Below are positions 61,539-64,000 of a DNA stretch of 64,000 bases, piece by piece. The stretch is from contig JAQFVV010000004.1 in assembly GCA_028023455.1 (NCBI GenBank), positions 12,710,001 through 12,774,000 on the forward strand, written 5' to 3'. The notes beneath the pieces are model-generated. The model ran no database searches and was not told the DNA's origin. It saw only the letters and a program-made list of their open reading frames with translations. Within the stretch, counting starts at the first letter, position 1, and each line of letters opens with the position of its first letter. The translations under genes and the position numbers were made by a program. This DNA comes from Epiperipatus broadwayi. Its lineage: Eukaryota > Animalia > Onychophora.

Positions 61539-61640
61539 TTTTTTTTCTCATGTGTCATAGCATCAGCCGGGAAGCGAACCCGCTAACCCGGGATAACTGC
61601 TTGTAAAGCAGCTGTCGCTGATCTCTCGACCACCAATACC
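61539..61640 (-). mobile_element. Short tRNA-derived SINE, same family as 57.5 kb
   Basis: Minus strand GGTATTGG TGGTCGAGAGAT (A box), GCTGC-TTTACAA-GCAGT, GCGGG-TTCGCTT-CCCGG, GATGCTATGACACATG and an A-rich tail. Confidence 0.75.
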
Positions 61641-62402
61641 TGGCATACTTTTATTTTGTTGAAATAAATACACTATAAAATACTTAAATAATATTGTGTC
61701 AATAACGTCCAGCTGAAAAAGGAATAAACTGTAAACAGTGTACATTAAAACAATTGTGTTTATAAAGTATTGTTTTTATTCGTGAGATCAAAATGTTTAA
61801 TTTGTAAAGTTTATATTCATCTTTTTTAAGTGACGATACAAATTCATATGTCAATTATAAATTTATTACAGATAAAAAAAGAGATGGGGGGACTCTATCT
61901 ATTAAAGATGTAAAATAAATACATTGAACATTAAATACGTTACAATCGACTGACAGGTGATGTAAATATTTTACATTTATTATATCAATTAAAAGAGTAG
62001 TTTAAAAATGATTACCTACTGTTTATACACTTTCAAACATTAGAACATCGAGTAGATAGTGAGTAGTATGGCGTTGATAGTGCATTACGCTCTATAAATG
62101 GATGGAGGGGGTTAAATTGGCATACTTTATAACAGAATGAACAACTATTATTAATAATTGCCTACATATTCTTGTGCAATATAATTTTATTTTTTACTAT
62201 GATTTAAATATTTTAAGTTGTAATTATATATTTGTAATAGGGAATAAACATGGTATGATTTATTGTGAGAGAAACATTACATAAAAAACAGTTAAATAAT
62301 AAGTGCTATTATAGTTATACCTTTCATCACACTATATTTAAACAAAGTTAATATTTCATATAAGTAATGTTTTAAAAGTGATGACCAAATGTCAACAGAA
62401 AG

Positions 62403-62687
62403 TTATTAAAACAGGCAAAACTAGTGCCACTCAGTGCCAACTAGAGTAATCAATGGATGCCAGAAGGCTTGTGTATAAAATCCCCATCTAGTGCCTACTC
62501 ATCCAATATCCCCAGACTAGTAAGCTCCTCACTGACAAAGGCCACAAGAAGCCACAAACTAGTCTGGGGATATTGGATGAGTAGGCACTAGATGGGGATT
62601 TTATACACAAGCCTTCTGGCATCCCTTGATTACTCTGGTTGGCACTGAGTGGCACTACTGTATGGAGAGTTTTGCCTGTTTTAATAA
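62403..62687. mobile_element. Family C young palindromic copy with a central hammerhead
   Basis: 62403-62521 is a near-perfect reverse complement of 62558-62687, apart from an 11-nt deletion in the left arm. The spacer carries the 5' half of the HHR motif. Confidence 0.95.
62526..62570 (+). ncRNA. Family C type-I hammerhead, degenerate core
   Basis: TCCTCA CTGACAA A GGC-CACAAGAA-GCC A CAAAC TA GTC TGGGGA: 6-bp stem I, palindromic ACTAGT stem III and a GUC triplet; G8 and G12 are mutated. Confidence 0.65.
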
Positions 62688-63288
62688 GAGTTATGTGCTA
62701 GCATAAGAAATAGTGATCATGTAGTGTACAGTGGTTCACCAGAAAGTTGTGAAAATTATATTTATGGTTTATCATATATTTTTAAAGGATTATTCAAGTT
62801 AACAAAAGGGTTTTCTTTATAGTTATTTTACAAGCTGTGTAATTACTATATGGTAGGCAGCATCAAGGACACTTTTATCATAGATATCTCTTTAGTGTAA
62901 AAGGATTAGGTCTCTCTCACCATGGTCATAATTGGCTTATTATAGAAAAATCGAAGAAAAGATGTCCATCCTTGAATTCTTACATTTTAAGATACTGTCA
63001 AATTAGATTTATTATGTATTACTCTTTGTTACCTAGTATTACTTGACTAATATGAAATTCTATAATAGTATTATATATTCAATATGATTCATAATTATTA
63101 AGACATACTAAAGTAAATCAAAATAATTGTGATTTGATAAAGACCACTGTTTAGTTTAATAGAGGCATAATTGGTGTCATATAGGCAAGATACATAAGAA
63201 ATAATGTATCAATCAATGTCTGATACTCAAGTACTTTGTTTTAACACTCACACAATTTTTTAGTTATTAATAGTATGGCATAAAAACT

Positions 63289-63466
63289 CATTAATTTTAA
63301 ATAATATGATTGATTAAAGTGTGTCCTCTAAGTTTAAAATATGTAATTATAATGTAGAATCTAAAATATGCAGATAACATTAATTTTAAATAATATGATT
63401 GATTAAAGTGTGTCCTCTAAGTTTAAAATATGTAATTATAATGTAGAATCTAAAATATGCAGATAA
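63289..63466 (+). repeat. Exact tandem duplication, 89 bp x 2
   Basis: CATTAATTTTAAATAATATG...AAAATATGCAGATAA starts at 63289 and again at 63378. Confidence 0.95.
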
Positions 63467-64000
63467 TATTTTGTTCATTTATTTATTTTTCTTGTTGTCA
63501 TTAATAATGTAATTAATAAATATTATTTATTAATTGGATATCTTGGGAGATTCTCATTAATTAGAGAGTGAATGCATGAGATCTTGATCTTAGATTTTAT
63601 AATAATTTCAAACTGATTACTTAGTTTGGCACTGAAAAAAAAAGAATTTATGTCTATTTCCATGAAGAATGAGTGAAGTTAATGGGGATGAACTATAAGA
63701 ATCTTCAATATAATTATTTAAATTAATTTCATTTTATTGTTTTATAGGTGTTGGACATATCAATTGGACAGATCAGCTCAAAATGGGCTAGATATAGTAA
63801 AATGACTTTATAGTTAGGTATATTTTATTCGAAGAATAAATCTTTACTCAGTGACATCCAGTATGAAATATTTAAAATTGATTTATGCTTATAATAATTA
63901 TGTGCAAATGATACTCATTTGATATTTAATTAATTAAATATCTAGATATCTGAAAAATAAGGATAAGTTGATCTGAAAAATGCTGGATAAAATAAATAAT

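Noticed and set aside
1-64000. Host protein-coding gene, and the short ORFs in the supplied track
   Set aside because: Apart from the TE-derived ORFs (772, 972, 18862, 39165, 59623), the ORFs are 60-116 aa, low-complexity and mostly start at non-ATG codons; no consistent exon chain with splice sites was found.
1-64000. CRISPR array, rRNA or bona fide tRNA genes
   Set aside because: No regularly spaced repeat-spacer array and no rRNA-like sequence. The tRNA-like segments have broken stems and poly(A) tails.

Overview
Very AT-rich (about three quarters A+T by eye), animal-like genomic DNA. I could not support any host gene; the window reads as intron or intergenic sequence filled with repeat relics. 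The main signal is a set of ORF-less palindromic (foldback) elements. They look like MITEs, but four unrelated families (A at 2.0-2.9 and 58.0-58.4 kb; C at 13.5, 22.9 and 62.4 kb; D at 31.0 kb; H at 46.7 kb) carry type-I hammerhead ribozyme (HHR) motifs. These motifs always point outward in the arms, and the inversion breakpoints often fall at or next to the ribozyme. Two clear decayed Penelope-like retroelements (RT and/or GIY-YIG; 1-1.3 kb and 59.5-60.3 kb) and one probable one (18.7 kb) lie in the same window. The two clear ones are followed by HHR-like motifs with an A3-U8 swap of the C3-G8 core pair, and family H has a U3-A8 swap. Also present: palindromes with no recognisable ribozyme, a pogo/Tigger-like and a hAT-Charlie-like non-autonomous DNA transposon, short tRNA-derived SINEs, LINE relics (L1/Tx1 zf-RVT, RT fragments) and local tandem duplications. 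All alignments, translations and folds were done by eye; no database search or folding program was run.
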